DNA of 64,000 nt from Candidatus Tayloriibacteriota bacterium (GTDB taxonomy: Bacteria > Patescibacteriota > Minisyncoccia > Phycocordibacterales > UBA6065): NCBI GenBank assembly GCA_016215405.1, contig JACRJQ010000006.1, forward strand, positions 481-64,480. Direction: 5' to 3'. How positions within the stretch are numbered: position 1 is the first letter of the stretch; each line of letters starts with the position of its first letter. This document shows positions 9,635 through 17,892 of the stretch, piece after piece. A program made the position numbers and the translations under genes. Below the pieces are notes generated by a model. It ran no database searches, had not been told where the DNA came from, and saw nothing but the letters and a program-made list of their open reading frames with translations.

Positions 9635-9748
9635 AGACCTTCTCCCCCGCGCGCCGCTTAAGTGTGGCTCGCGGGGGATGGTTGTCTCTAGAGACGACCT
9701 TGACTCATTTCAATATGAAAGGTATCGTATTTTCAACAAGCTCCCGCC

Positions 9749-10081
9749 ATGGTCTACAAGCTCTCCGGCGCTGTAAATCTCGTGAGGTATGGGAAGGGCG
9801 GACTAAAGAAACGGGTGGCGAAGGTCTTTAAGGAGTGGGGCATCCCCAATCCTGAAAAGACCCTCGTGAAGGACCACGCTGTCGAAAACGACATCGGCGC
9901 GAATCCCGACGAATCGATCCTAGAGGCCGTCGCGCGACATGTCGTCGCGAAGATCCACAGGAAGCGATTCTGGGTGAAATTGACCCACCGCAGGCTCCCT
10001 GCCGCCCAGAAGAAGCCTGTCCCGGCTATCCGCCCCTCCCCTGCCAGGACCGTAACAGAGGAACAGACCGAGCTGTTCTAA
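9749..10081 (+). CDS. Hypothetical basic protein
   Basis: 110-aa ORF followed by a terminator. Confidence 0.55.
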   Translation: MVYKLSGAVNLVRYGKGGLKKRVAKVFKEWGIPNPEKTLVKDHAVENDIGANPDESILEAVARHVVAKIHRKRFWVKLTHRRLPAAQKKPVPAIRPSPARTVTEEQTELF

Positions 10082-10086
10082 CGGCG

Positions 10087-10118
10087 AAGGCGCTCCACGA
10101 AGGAGCGCCTTTCTTTTT
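10087..10118 (+). terminator. Intrinsic terminator
   Basis: AAGGCGCTCC-ACGAA-GGAGCGCCTT followed by a T run. Confidence 0.7.
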
Positions 10119-10135
10119 CATCTAAGACTCCCGCT

Positions 10136-11092
10136 CTAAGCCTGAGGCGAGCTCGGGCCCTTGCCTGATCCCTCTTCGAGCTCTCGTATCTTATTCTTGA
10201 GCTCGACCATGCGAAGCTCCCGACCCACCATGAGCTTGTTCACTCTTTCGAGCTCCGTGTTAAGCCCCTTGAGCTCGTCGTATTTAAGGACGATCTCCTC
10301 TTGAGAAGACTGGAGCTCCTTGGTCCTCTTCGCCACTTCCTCTTCGAGCCCTTCCCGCGACCTCTTCATCTCGATGATCATCTGTTCGAAGCTCTTGGAC
10401 AGGAGCCCGAATTCGTTCTTCGCCCTAGGCAAAGCGTCGAGTGCGTCTTGGCCCAAAGAACCTTTCGCGACCATCCCAGCCGCTTTGCGCAGCTTGTCTA
10501 CGTTCGAAAGCAGGATCCTCTGGAGGACGAATATGAGGATAAAGGTCGTGACGCCGGCGGTGACGAGGAAGCCAGCGAAGAATATGTTCCTCAATACGGC
10601 CTTCTGCTCTGTGATGAAATCGGTCCGTATCTTCACATACACGAAGAGGAAAGGCGCCTTGCCCGCGACCGAATAGATCGGCGTTATGCTCGCTATATAG
10701 TCGCCCTCCGCGTCAACCCCGTGAGCGACGACCTCTTCAGAGCCGCCGGTGAAATGCGACAAGTCTATCCGTCCGAGGTCGCCGGCGTTCTTGCCGAGGT
10801 CCTCCGGATCAGCAGAATAATACACGGTCTCGTCGAAGCCGAAGATCATCGCCTCGGCGAGGTCCTCCCCGACGATCTGCTTCATGGTCTCCTTCTTGGA
10901 GAATGCCTCGAAATTGAGGAGCCCTTGGTTCATGAGCCTTCCGGGTACGGATATCTGGCTCTCAACGCGCGCGTCGATGTCTTCGGAAAAGCGGTCGACG
11001 TAGTAGTATCCGGCGACAGAAAGGACGATCGTCTGCATTATGATGATCGTAGCTATGAGCCGAAACGCGATCCTGTCGAAGAAATTGATCAT
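10136..11092 (-). CDS. Two-TM sensor-like protein with extracytoplasmic domain, HAMP and C-terminal coiled coil; no kinase domain
   Basis: TM1, ~140-aa loop, TM2, HAMP (KNEFGLLSKSFEQM), LEEEVAKRTKEL S-helix, ends LMVGRELRMVELK. Confidence 0.75.
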   Translation of the reverse strand: MINFFDRIAFRLIATIIIMQTIVLSVAGYYYVDRFSEDIDARVESQISVPGRLMNQGLLNFEAFSKKETMKQIVGEDLAEAMIFGFDETVYYSADPEDLGKNAGDLGRIDLSHFTGGSEEVVAHGVDAEGDYIASITPIYSVAGKAPFLFVYVKIRTDFITEQKAVLRNIFFAGFLVTAGVTTFILIFVLQRILLSNVDKLRKAAGMVAKGSLGQDALDALPRAKNEFGLLSKSFEQMIIEMKRSREGLEEEVAKRTKELQSSQEEIVLKYDELKGLNTELERVNKLMVGRELRMVELKNKIRELEEGSGKGPSSPQA

Positions 11093-11100
11093 TGTCGTCC

Positions 11101-13110
11101 TTATTCGATAAAGTACTGGCTCGGGTTCGTGGGCGCAGGGTTCGGATACACGAACGCGGCGGGCATCGCCTCGGGGACGTTCTTGAACCCGTCGCGCACG
11201 ATGCCGAATCCGTCTACCGGAAGGCTTACCCCTATGGCATAGAACTGGTCCTTCGCTATGTCGAGGATCCTCGCCATGAGCTCGTTCTGCTTGGCCTCGT
11301 CTGCCGTTCTCCTGATCTCTCTATAGAGGCTCATCTGCTCCTTTACGATCTCCGGCGGCTCTTCCGCGAGCGGGTTATCGGGAGAAGTGAACCAGTAGCC
11401 CCACGCGAGCGCGTAATTAGATTCGTTCGTGCTGCCGAACGGGAAATAATATCGCGGCTCCTGCATCACGTCTATGCCGCCGTCTCCGGTCCAAACGGCC
11501 GCGTCGTGGTCGAGGTTCGATTTCCTTGAATAGAACGCGGTCCTGTCCGTCGTGTTGCCTATCTTCATATCTATGCCTACCGCCTTCCAATCCTCTTGGA
11601 TCAAAGCGAGAGCCTTGGCATCGCCCCAATCGACGGTGAATGTAAGCCTCTTTCCGTCCGGCCTCTTTCGATAGCCCGCGCTATCCCTCTCTTTGAGCCC
11701 GGCCCTATCGAGATAGCCGTTCGCCTTAGCGACATCGTATTCCGTATATTGCTTCGCCATCTCTTCGTCATAGAAGGGCGATTCCGGGCGAGGAGCGCCT
11801 TGATACGGTATGCCGTACCCGGCGAATATGAGGTCTATGATCCTCTCTCTATTTAAAGCGTGCGAGAGGCCGATCCTGAAATCCTTATTCTGGAATATCT
11901 CCCGGAGGGCAGGGTCTTTGTGGTTAAGGTTAAGCGAGATCATCATGGTGTTCATCGTCGCGAACACCGTCTTGAAGAGATGGTAGCCGCCCTTAGTCGC
12001 TCCGTCCTCGATAGCTGCGCGCGCGGTAGCGACGGATATCATGCTCGATCCGACGTTCCTGTCTTGCATATCGACCTTACCGGCGAGCACGAGATCTATT
12101 ATCTTGCTCGAATCGTCCTCGATCGCGTATTCGAGCCTATTGATATAAGGAAGCTGGTTTCCCGTGGGGTCTATCTTCCAATAGTACGGATTCCTCGCCG
12201 CGACGAGCGGGGCATCCTTTCCGTAGATTCCTTGAAGCACCCAGGCGTTGAGGGTCGGGATCTCAGGATGTTGCCAACGGGTCTGATTATCAGGGGTGCC
12301 GATATTGCCGAACTTCGACTGAAAAAGATCGGCCCAATCCTTCGCTCCCGCATCCTTTACGGCCTGATCTATATCGGGATTATATTTCGGGTGATATCCA
12401 GAAAGCGCGTGCTTCGGGTACGAGACGATCTCGCCGCCCTTAGGGTGCGCGAGAGACTGCAAAAAAAGGCTGTTGGGCTCTTCGAAGGAGAACTTTACGG
12501 CGCGGTCGCCGAGCCTCTCTACCTTTACAGGCTTACCTCCGGCGATGAGCCAGTCCTGATAGACCGGCGTGAGCACCTTGTCCAGAAAGACGTCCTCATA
12601 CCAGAACATTATATCGTCCGCGGTGAAGGGCTTTCCATCGGACCATTTCAACCCGTCGCGCAAATAGAAGGTATATTCCCTGCTGTCCGAGCTCACGTTG
12701 TAAGACTGGGCTATATTGGGGATGATGCCCGTCCAGCTCGCGTTCCAACGGACGAGATTCTCGTAGCCGAGATATCGCAGAAAAGCGTTGTGGTCGCTCT
12801 TGCTCTTCGCGACGAGATGCCAGGTGCCGCCGTATTTTCCGAGCTTCTCATGAGGCACTACGATAAGAGGGTTTTTGGGAAGCCTCTCCCCGACCGGCGG
12901 AAGCTCTCCTTTCGCCACCTTCTCCGCGAGTTCAGGAGCCTCGGAGAAGTTTCTCTCTCCTATGAAGGCCATTCCCCCTGTCGAGGGGCGCTTCGAGCCC
13001 CGGCCATCCATGGTCGAAACATAGAAATATCCTATCCCTGCGGCAAGGACGAGAAACGCGATCGCGATAGAGGCGACCTTGAAGACAGGCGTCTTCTCTG
13101 CAGGGTTCAT
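11101..13110 (-). CDS. ABC transporter substrate-binding protein, family 5 (peptide/oligosaccharide)
   Basis: EAPELAEKVAKGELPPVGERLP, YTFYLRDGLKWSDGKPFTADD, RNPYYWKID..GNQLPYI. Confidence 0.92.
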   Translation of the reverse strand: MNPAEKTPVFKVASIAIAFLVLAAGIGYFYVSTMDGRGSKRPSTGGMAFIGERNFSEAPELAEKVAKGELPPVGERLPKNPLIVVPHEKLGKYGGTWHLVAKSKSDHNAFLRYLGYENLVRWNASWTGIIPNIAQSYNVSSDSREYTFYLRDGLKWSDGKPFTADDIMFWYEDVFLDKVLTPVYQDWLIAGGKPVKVERLGDRAVKFSFEEPNSLFLQSLAHPKGGEIVSYPKHALSGYHPKYNPDIDQAVKDAGAKDWADLFQSKFGNIGTPDNQTRWQHPEIPTLNAWVLQGIYGKDAPLVAARNPYYWKIDPTGNQLPYINRLEYAIEDDSSKIIDLVLAGKVDMQDRNVGSSMISVATARAAIEDGATKGGYHLFKTVFATMNTMMISLNLNHKDPALREIFQNKDFRIGLSHALNRERIIDLIFAGYGIPYQGAPRPESPFYDEEMAKQYTEYDVAKANGYLDRAGLKERDSAGYRKRPDGKRLTFTVDWGDAKALALIQEDWKAVGIDMKIGNTTDRTAFYSRKSNLDHDAAVWTGDGGIDVMQEPRYYFPFGSTNESNYALAWGYWFTSPDNPLAEEPPEIVKEQMSLYREIRRTADEAKQNELMARILDIAKDQFYAIGVSLPVDGFGIVRDGFKNVPEAMPAAFVYPNPAPTNPSQYFIE

Positions 13111-13228
13111 ATGCTCTCAATTATAGCCTGTAAGATACCTATCGGCTTTCGCCGGGTGTGGACATTGAGAGGCTCCTTCTGGCGCAGTGGGATATACTTA
13201 AGCCATTATAAGCATCTCACCAATCAGC

Positions 13229-13423
13229 ATGCTAAGGAATAACGTGTTTAACCTGATGAATCAGGCGGTCCAGGAATCGAAGAGCGTCTGGCGCATCAAG
13301 AACCAGTATATGCAAGAAGCGGTCGGATCTGACGATATCATGGCTTTCTGGAGGAAGCTCGAGAAAGACAAGGAGGCTCACATAAGCGAGCTCCAGGCCC
13401 TCATTAAGAAATATAACGCTTAA
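13229..13423 (+). CDS. Small helical hypothetical protein (ferritin-like half)
   Basis: 64 aa with E..S.W..Y..E...FW..L..D.E.H..EL pattern. Confidence 0.6.
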   Translation: MLRNNVFNLMNQAVQESKSVWRIKNQYMQEAVGSDDIMAFWRKLEKDKEAHISELQALIKKYNA

Positions 13424-13428
13424 AGCAT

Positions 13429-13707
13429 ATGGGACTCTTTTGGGACGATCCGAAGCCGCGCGTGACGAGGATCGAGTGGCAGAAGGTGAGGACTTCGCTC
13501 TTTAGCCGCGGGCTCAATAAAAAGGAGATAGACCTGATCGAAGGATTCTTTTACTCGAGCCTTAACGAGACGGGGATAAAGGACGCAGGCATACAGGAGA
13601 ACGAGATATCCATGATGATCGAATGGCTCAAGCTGAACAGGGCTACCCACAAGATGTCCGACCAGAAGATCGCGCAAGTGGAAGACGCGCTGCGCGACAG
13701 GCTCTAG
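13429..13707 (+). CDS. Hypothetical protein
   Basis: 92-aa ORF directly after the previous gene, followed by a terminator. Confidence 0.65.
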   Translation: MGLFWDDPKPRVTRIEWQKVRTSLFSRGLNKKEIDLIEGFFYSSLNETGIKDAGIQENEISMMIEWLKLNRATHKMSDQKIAQVEDALRDRL

Positions 13708-13713
13708 GAAAAG

Positions 13714-13740
13714 AAAAAGCCGCCCGAAGGGCGGCTTTTT
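13714..13740. terminator. Bidirectional terminator
   Basis: AAAAAGCCGCCC-GAA-GGGCGGCTTTTT between convergent genes. Confidence 0.8.
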
Positions 13741-14082
13741 CTATCTCCTCAAAGTGAAGGTCTCGACGCTCGCCGTTCCGTCTCTCTTGGCAGAGTATGT
13801 GAAATCGCCTATAAAGGCGTTGTGCCCGTCCTCGTAAAAGACGGTGCCCTCGCCATCGCGCATGTTTATCTCGGTCACGATGAATTTGCCGCCGAGGACT
13901 TCCTTTTCCGGCGAAAGCGCAGAGATGTTCGTCTGAAAATATTCGAAAAGCGACGAGGCCTGGACCTGCTCTTCTGTGGGTTGGGGCGCCTTCGGCGAAA
14001 AGGCATACGCAAGGGCGGCGAGAGCCAGGAGAAGAGCTAGGGCGGTAGCGTATCCCTTTATATCGCTATCTCGCAGCCGCAT
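13741..14082 (-). CDS. Membrane-anchored hypothetical protein (YEDGH family, paralog of 15355..15699)
   Basis: N-terminal TM; NISALSP.KE.LGG.F.VT...G.GTV.YEDGH shared with its paralog. Confidence 0.75.
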   Translation of the reverse strand: MRLRDSDIKGYATALALLLALAALAYAFSPKAPQPTEEQVQASSLFEYFQTNISALSPEKEVLGGKFIVTEINMRDGEGTVFYEDGHNAFIGDFTYSAKRDGTASVETFTLRR

Positions 14083-15304
14083 GATGCTTTCTCATTATGG
14101 AAGCGTAGACGAGGCAGAGGATCGCGGAAGCGAGGGCGACGACGAACGCGACCTTGGAGAAGTTCATGGCATCGAGAAGCGCGCCCAAGACGATCGGCGC
14201 CGATATGTCGCCCACGGTGGCGAGAGTCTCGAAGGCTCGAGCCCTCTTCTCTCTCCCCTCCTCCGAGCCTAGCTTCGAGGAGAGAGCCGACTGCATAAGG
14301 GTGAAGAGCTCGAGAGCCGCGCCCAAGGCGAAGCTCGCCGCGAGCATCCAGGCATAATGCGGAAAGGCCGCGATGCCCGCTATGACGAGCGCCGTGCCGA
14401 AGAGGCCTCCTGTGACGAGGGCGTACTCGTCCTTCGCGTTCGTGAACTGGCGCAAAGAATAGGACATGAGCGACGGCACGATCCCTACGGCAGAGAGGAG
14501 GATGACGAACGAGAGGTCGGCCCCCCTCATATATGCGTACATAGGAGCGAAGAACCAGATGAAGGCCTCTATGAACCCCGTGAACACTGCGACTGCTCCG
14601 AGAAGTCTCAAGTGCCCGTTCCAGGATCGCCATTCGGACCAATCAGCGGCAAAGGCTTTTGCGAACGAAGCCCCAGCTTTGGCTTCGACCCTCTTCTCGG
14701 GAGGATCGAGCGGCGCCCCGCGAGCGATCGAGAGCGCTACGAGAGAGACCGGCGCAATGAGGAATAAAAGCCAATGGACTGGCACGAATGACGCCATAGC
14801 CATGCCCGCGAACGCCGCGCCGAGCCAGCCGAAATGAGTCCATGTATCTATATAGCCCAAAGAGGAGGCGACCGCGCGCTTCTCGGCCATACGGCGATAA
14901 TAAGCGGCAGCGCCGGTATTCTCGAGGCTCCACAAGAATCCGTTAAGGGCGCGCGCGAGGACTATGAAAAGCGCCATCCCGAAGAGGCCCGCAAAAAGGT
15001 AGCTGAGGCCCACGAACGGATAGAGGCTCAAGGCTATGATGATGAGATAACGCGCTGAAAGCTTGTCGGCGAGAGCTCCTGCGAACGGGATCGAAACGAG
15101 CAGCGCAACGTCGAAGACCGCTCTGAGAAGGCCGGCTTCGAGGAACGACCCGGAATTCCTGAATATGAGTATGGCGACAAGGGCCTCTCCGAAACCCCAG
15201 CCCGCCCACCTAGCCGCCCTCGCCCACGCGATATGCTTTACCCCCGACGAGAGCTCGTGGTGCCCTGTAGTCGATGGGTGCTTTCTGTGCTTTATAAGTT
15301 CCAT
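14066..15304 (-). CDS. MFS transporter
   Basis: About 12 hydrophobic segments, GALADKLSAR motif A, ARALNG motif B. Confidence 0.85.
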   Translation of the reverse strand: MELIKHRKHPSTTGHHELSSGVKHIAWARAARWAGWGFGEALVAILIFRNSGSFLEAGLLRAVFDVALLVSIPFAGALADKLSARYLIIIALSLYPFVGLSYLFAGLFGMALFIVLARALNGFLWSLENTGAAAYYRRMAEKRAVASSLGYIDTWTHFGWLGAAFAGMAMASFVPVHWLLFLIAPVSLVALSIARGAPLDPPEKRVEAKAGASFAKAFAADWSEWRSWNGHLRLLGAVAVFTGFIEAFIWFFAPMYAYMRGADLSFVILLSAVGIVPSLMSYSLRQFTNAKDEYALVTGGLFGTALVIAGIAAFPHYAWMLAASFALGAALELFTLMQSALSSKLGSEEGREKRARAFETLATVGDISAPIVLGALLDAMNFSKVAFVVALASAILCLVYASIMRKHHAAAR

Positions 15305-15354
15305 ATGCTTTATGAAAAGCTAATGGAAATATTGTACCACGCGAGGAAGACGCG

Positions 15355-15699
15355 CTATTCCCTGATTTCGAACGACCTCATATCGATCGCGCCTCTTTCA
15401 TCTATGGAATACGCGAAATCGGCGGTATAGGCGCTGTGGCCGTCTTCGTACCGGACAGTGCCCGCTCCCGCGCGCGCCTCTATCGACGTAACGAAGAACG
15501 AGCCTCCTAACGACTCCTTTACGGGAGAGAGCTCCGATATATTGAGCCTTACGTAGTCTTCGACGGGCATGGCCCGCTCCTCGAACGGCGAACCGACGAC
15601 GGATACCGGGACCGTACCGCTATTCATGCCGATCGCCGCCACGAGCGCGGCGATAGCGCAGAGGATGATAGCGAGAACGATATTCCTTCGGATGTTCAT
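15355..15699 (-). CDS. Membrane-anchored hypothetical protein (YEDGH family)
   Basis: N-terminal TM; NISELSPVKESLGGSFFVT...GAGTVRYEDGH. Confidence 0.75.
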   Translation of the reverse strand: MNIRRNIVLAIILCAIAALVAAIGMNSGTVPVSVVGSPFEERAMPVEDYVRLNISELSPVKESLGGSFFVTSIEARAGAGTVRYEDGHSAYTADFAYSIDERGAIDMRSFEIRE

Positions 15700-15747
15700 A
15701 GATATAATACGTTCCGCGCCCATTCCCTGATTCAGGCCCTGACGTCC

Positions 15748-15776
15748 TTGATTAAAGGCCGGAAATTCTGTATTCT
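15748..15776 (+). promoter_or_regulatory. Putative sigma70 promoter for the tRNA-Glu locus
   Basis: TTGATT-17 bp-TATTCT, 20 nt upstream of the first tRNA fragment. Confidence 0.5.
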
Positions 15777-15795
15777 CTAATTCGTTCGCCCAAGC

Positions 15796-15840
15796 GGCCC
15801 TATCGTCTAATGGTTAGGACGGAAGCTTCTCAAGCTTTAA
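15796..15840 (+). pseudogene. 5' fragment (45 nt) of tRNA-Glu(CTC)
   Basis: Matches 15982-16026 at 44 of 45 nt (T vs C in the D-loop); identity ends in the variable loop. Confidence 0.85.
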
Positions 15841-15891
15841 GAGGGGCTGGAACGCGAGCGCTCGGAGCGTTTCAGAGCCGGAGGCGGACGC

Positions 15892-15940
15892 GCCGAGGCG
15901 GGGTCGCGGAGATTTTCAGCAGAAAATCATCCGTGACCGA
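15892..15940 (+). repeat. 49-bp structured repeat, copy 1
   Basis: GCCGAGGCGGGGTCGCGGAGATTTTCAGCAGAAAATCATCCGTGACCGA, identical to 16141-16189. Confidence 0.92.
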
Positions 15941-15981
15941 TTCATCTAGAATCGAACTTCCCCGGCTTGAAAGTGAAATAT

Positions 15982-16053
15982 GGCCCTATCGTCTAATGGT
16001 CAGGACGGAAGCTTCTCAAGCTTTAAATCGGGGTTCGATTCCCCGTAGGGTCA
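15982..16053 (+). tRNA. tRNA-Glu (anticodon CTC), CCA not encoded
   Basis: Acceptor GGCCCTA/TAGGGTC, anticodon arm GAAGC-TTCTCAA-GCTTT, T arm CGGGG-TTCGATT-CCCCG. Confidence 0.95.
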
Positions 16054-16055
16054 CA

Positions 16056-16096
16056 CACGCATAAAAGCCCGGCTTCCCGCCGGGCTTTTATGCGTG
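16056..16096 (+). terminator. Long hairpin/terminator after tRNA-Glu
   Basis: CACGCATAAAAGCCCGGC-TTCCC-GCCGGGCTTTTATGCGTG, 18-bp stem. Confidence 0.8.
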
Positions 16097-16140
16097 CTTG
16101 TGATCGCCGGTGGCGAGAATCGAAAGCCGGAGGCCCGCGG

Positions 16141-16189
16141 GCCGAGGCGGGGTCGCGGAGATTTTCAGCAGAAAATCATCCGTGACCGA
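16141..16189 (+). repeat. 49-bp structured repeat, copy 2
   Basis: Identical to 15892-15940; both copies are preceded by AGCCGGAGGC. Confidence 0.92.
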
Positions 16190-16200
16190 AAGCGTACCCG

Positions 16201-16220
16201 CGATTCCCCGTAGGGTCACA
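16201..16220 (+). repeat. 3' fragment of tRNA-Glu (direct repeat, att-like)
   Basis: CGATTCCCCGTAGGGTCACA is identical to 16036-16055 and begins in the T-loop. Confidence 0.85.
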
Positions 16221-16318
16221 GCACGATAAAAAGCAGGCTTCTCGCCTGATCTTTCTTGTGCCTCATGACCGCCATATCACAGAGATCAAAGACAACCTCT
16301 CTCCAGCATACCTGCCCT

Positions 16319-16350
16319 TAAAATCAGTATCATATATGATACTGATTTTA
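16319..16350. repeat. Perfect 32-bp AT-rich palindrome
   Basis: TAAAATCAGTATCATA|TATGATACTGATTTTA. Confidence 0.85.
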
Positions 16351-16449
16351 GGCGGCTCTTTTGCTGTCATCCATATCCATACTGGCTGAAAGAGACGGAC
16401 TCGATAGAGGGAACCGAGGAGCGAGAGGCGATCCGTAGCCTCTTCGCCT

Positions 16450-16854
16450 CTATATGAAGTCGACCGTGAAGTTATACATCCCCATGGAGCAGAGCCCTCT
16501 GAGAGTCGTACCGGGCGCTTGCGCGGACACCTCTATGTCAGTCGTCCCTGTACGAGGGAGGAATCCAGAGTAGCCGATAGAGGGTATGGTGAGAGCAGCC
16601 GAACAGTCGAAGGTTCCCTTCGTAGTGAGCCGAAGAACGGTCGGCACGCCGGATGCGGCCTGCGACTTGCGCGGCGAATATCCCCCTTTCGCGCCGATGT
16701 CTATCACCTGGACGCCGTTCTCCATGGCGACGTTCCCTTTATCCGGCGCAGGCCCTGCGCCCTCCCCCGTCGCGCCGCGAGAGAGCGTGAAAGCTCCGCC
16801 TATGAGGAGGCCCGCGATGATTACCGAAACGATCGTGGCGACAGATTTCTTCAT
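16450..16854 (-). CDS. Cupredoxin-like domain protein (membrane anchored)
   Basis: GGYSP, T.GTFDC, CSMGMY; last gene of the copper operon. Confidence 0.85.
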   Translation of the reverse strand: MKKSVATIVSVIIAGLLIGGAFTLSRGATGEGAGPAPDKGNVAMENGVQVIDIGAKGGYSPRKSQAASGVPTVLRLTTKGTFDCSAALTIPSIGYSGFLPRTGTTDIEVSAQAPGTTLRGLCSMGMYNFTVDFI

Positions 16855-16866
16855 AGAGAGATTATA

Positions 16867-17892
16867 CTAGAGGTTAAGGATCGGCGGGATCACCCCTATC
16901 GCCGCGAAGCTCGAAAGCAGGTTAAGGAGGGCGAACATCACGATGACGAGTCCCGCCGTTTTGAAGAATATGCCGGATCTCGATCCTTTGCCGATAGAAA
17001 GCGAGCTGAAGCTCACCAAGGCGAGGACAGGCAGGGTGCCGAGCGCAAAGGAGAGCATGGTGAGGCCGCCCGACAAGAAGCTCCCCGTAGAGAGCGAATA
17101 TATCTGCATCGACTGTGTGAATCCACACGGCAGAAAGAACGTCGCGACGCCGAGCGCGAGGGGCGTGAGCCGATGATTCCACTTAGAGACATCGAGAGCC
17201 TTTCCGGAGAGAGCCTTCGGCATCGACGGCAAAAGCCGTTTCGGCCACTCGAACACATCGAGGAGATTGACCCCCACAACGAGCATGACGAGGCCGATAA
17301 GGAGCGAGAGGACGAACGTCCCTGTAGCGCCGAGGGCGAATGCCGATCCGATAGCGCCTATGACGCCTCCAAGGACGAAGAAGGCGACGAGACGACCGAT
17401 ATGGAAGAGGACCTGAGGCCTCGTCTTGTCCCCCGCCTTTGCGAACGTGGCGGACATTGAGAGCACTAGACCTCCTACGACCGCCATACAGGTGGAGAGC
17501 GATGCGATGATGCCTATCGCGAACGAGGTGCCTAGCGTAACGGAATCCGAGTTTACGAGATTCACGAGCCCGATCTTCTGCAAGATCACGAACAGCGCGG
17601 CGAATCCGAGAGCGAGCGGCAGAGCGATCTTAAAGTCGGACCACTTTACCGAGTTACTTCTCTTTTCCTTTGATATGCCATAGCCATGCTTCGAGACGGC
17701 CCCCGAAACGATGCCCTCGACCTCGCTGTCGGTCTTGGAGCCGAAATCGCCCGTGACCTCGACCTCTCGGGTAGCGAGGTCGGCCTTTGCCATGGATATG
17801 GCGGGAATATCGCCAAGCTCGCTCTCGATGAGGGCCTCGCAAGCCTTGCAGTGCATTCCCGTCGTGTAGAACCTGTAAGTCTTCATGCTCAT
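16867..17892 (-). CDS. HMA domain plus TauE/SafE/DsbD_2-type membrane protein
   Basis: GMHCKAC; [30 protein letters not shown]. Confidence 0.88.
   Translation of the reverse strand: MSMKTYRFYTTGMHCKACEALIESELGDIPAISMAKADLATREVEVTGDFGSKTDSEVEGIVSGAVSKHGYGISKEKRSNSVKWSDFKIALPLALGFAALFVILQKIGLVNLVNSDSVTLGTSFAIGIIASLSTCMAVVGGLVLSMSATFAKAGDKTRPQVLFHIGRLVAFFVLGGVIGAIGSAFALGATGTFVLSLLIGLVMLVVGVNLLDVFEWPKRLLPSMPKALSGKALDVSKWNHRLTPLALGVATFFLPCGFTQSMQIYSLSTGSFLSGGLTMLSFALGTLPVLALVSFSSLSIGKGSRSGIFFKTAGLVIVMFALLNLLSSFAAIGVIPPILNL

Noticed and set aside
15810-16064. 84-aa ORF with a repeated MVRTEASQAL
   Set aside because: It is a translation of the duplicated tRNA sequence, not a protein gene
15796-16220. 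CRISPR array or prophage attL/attR
   Set aside because: Only two repeat copies, no regular spacers, no cas genes, and no integrase or cargo between the tRNA fragments
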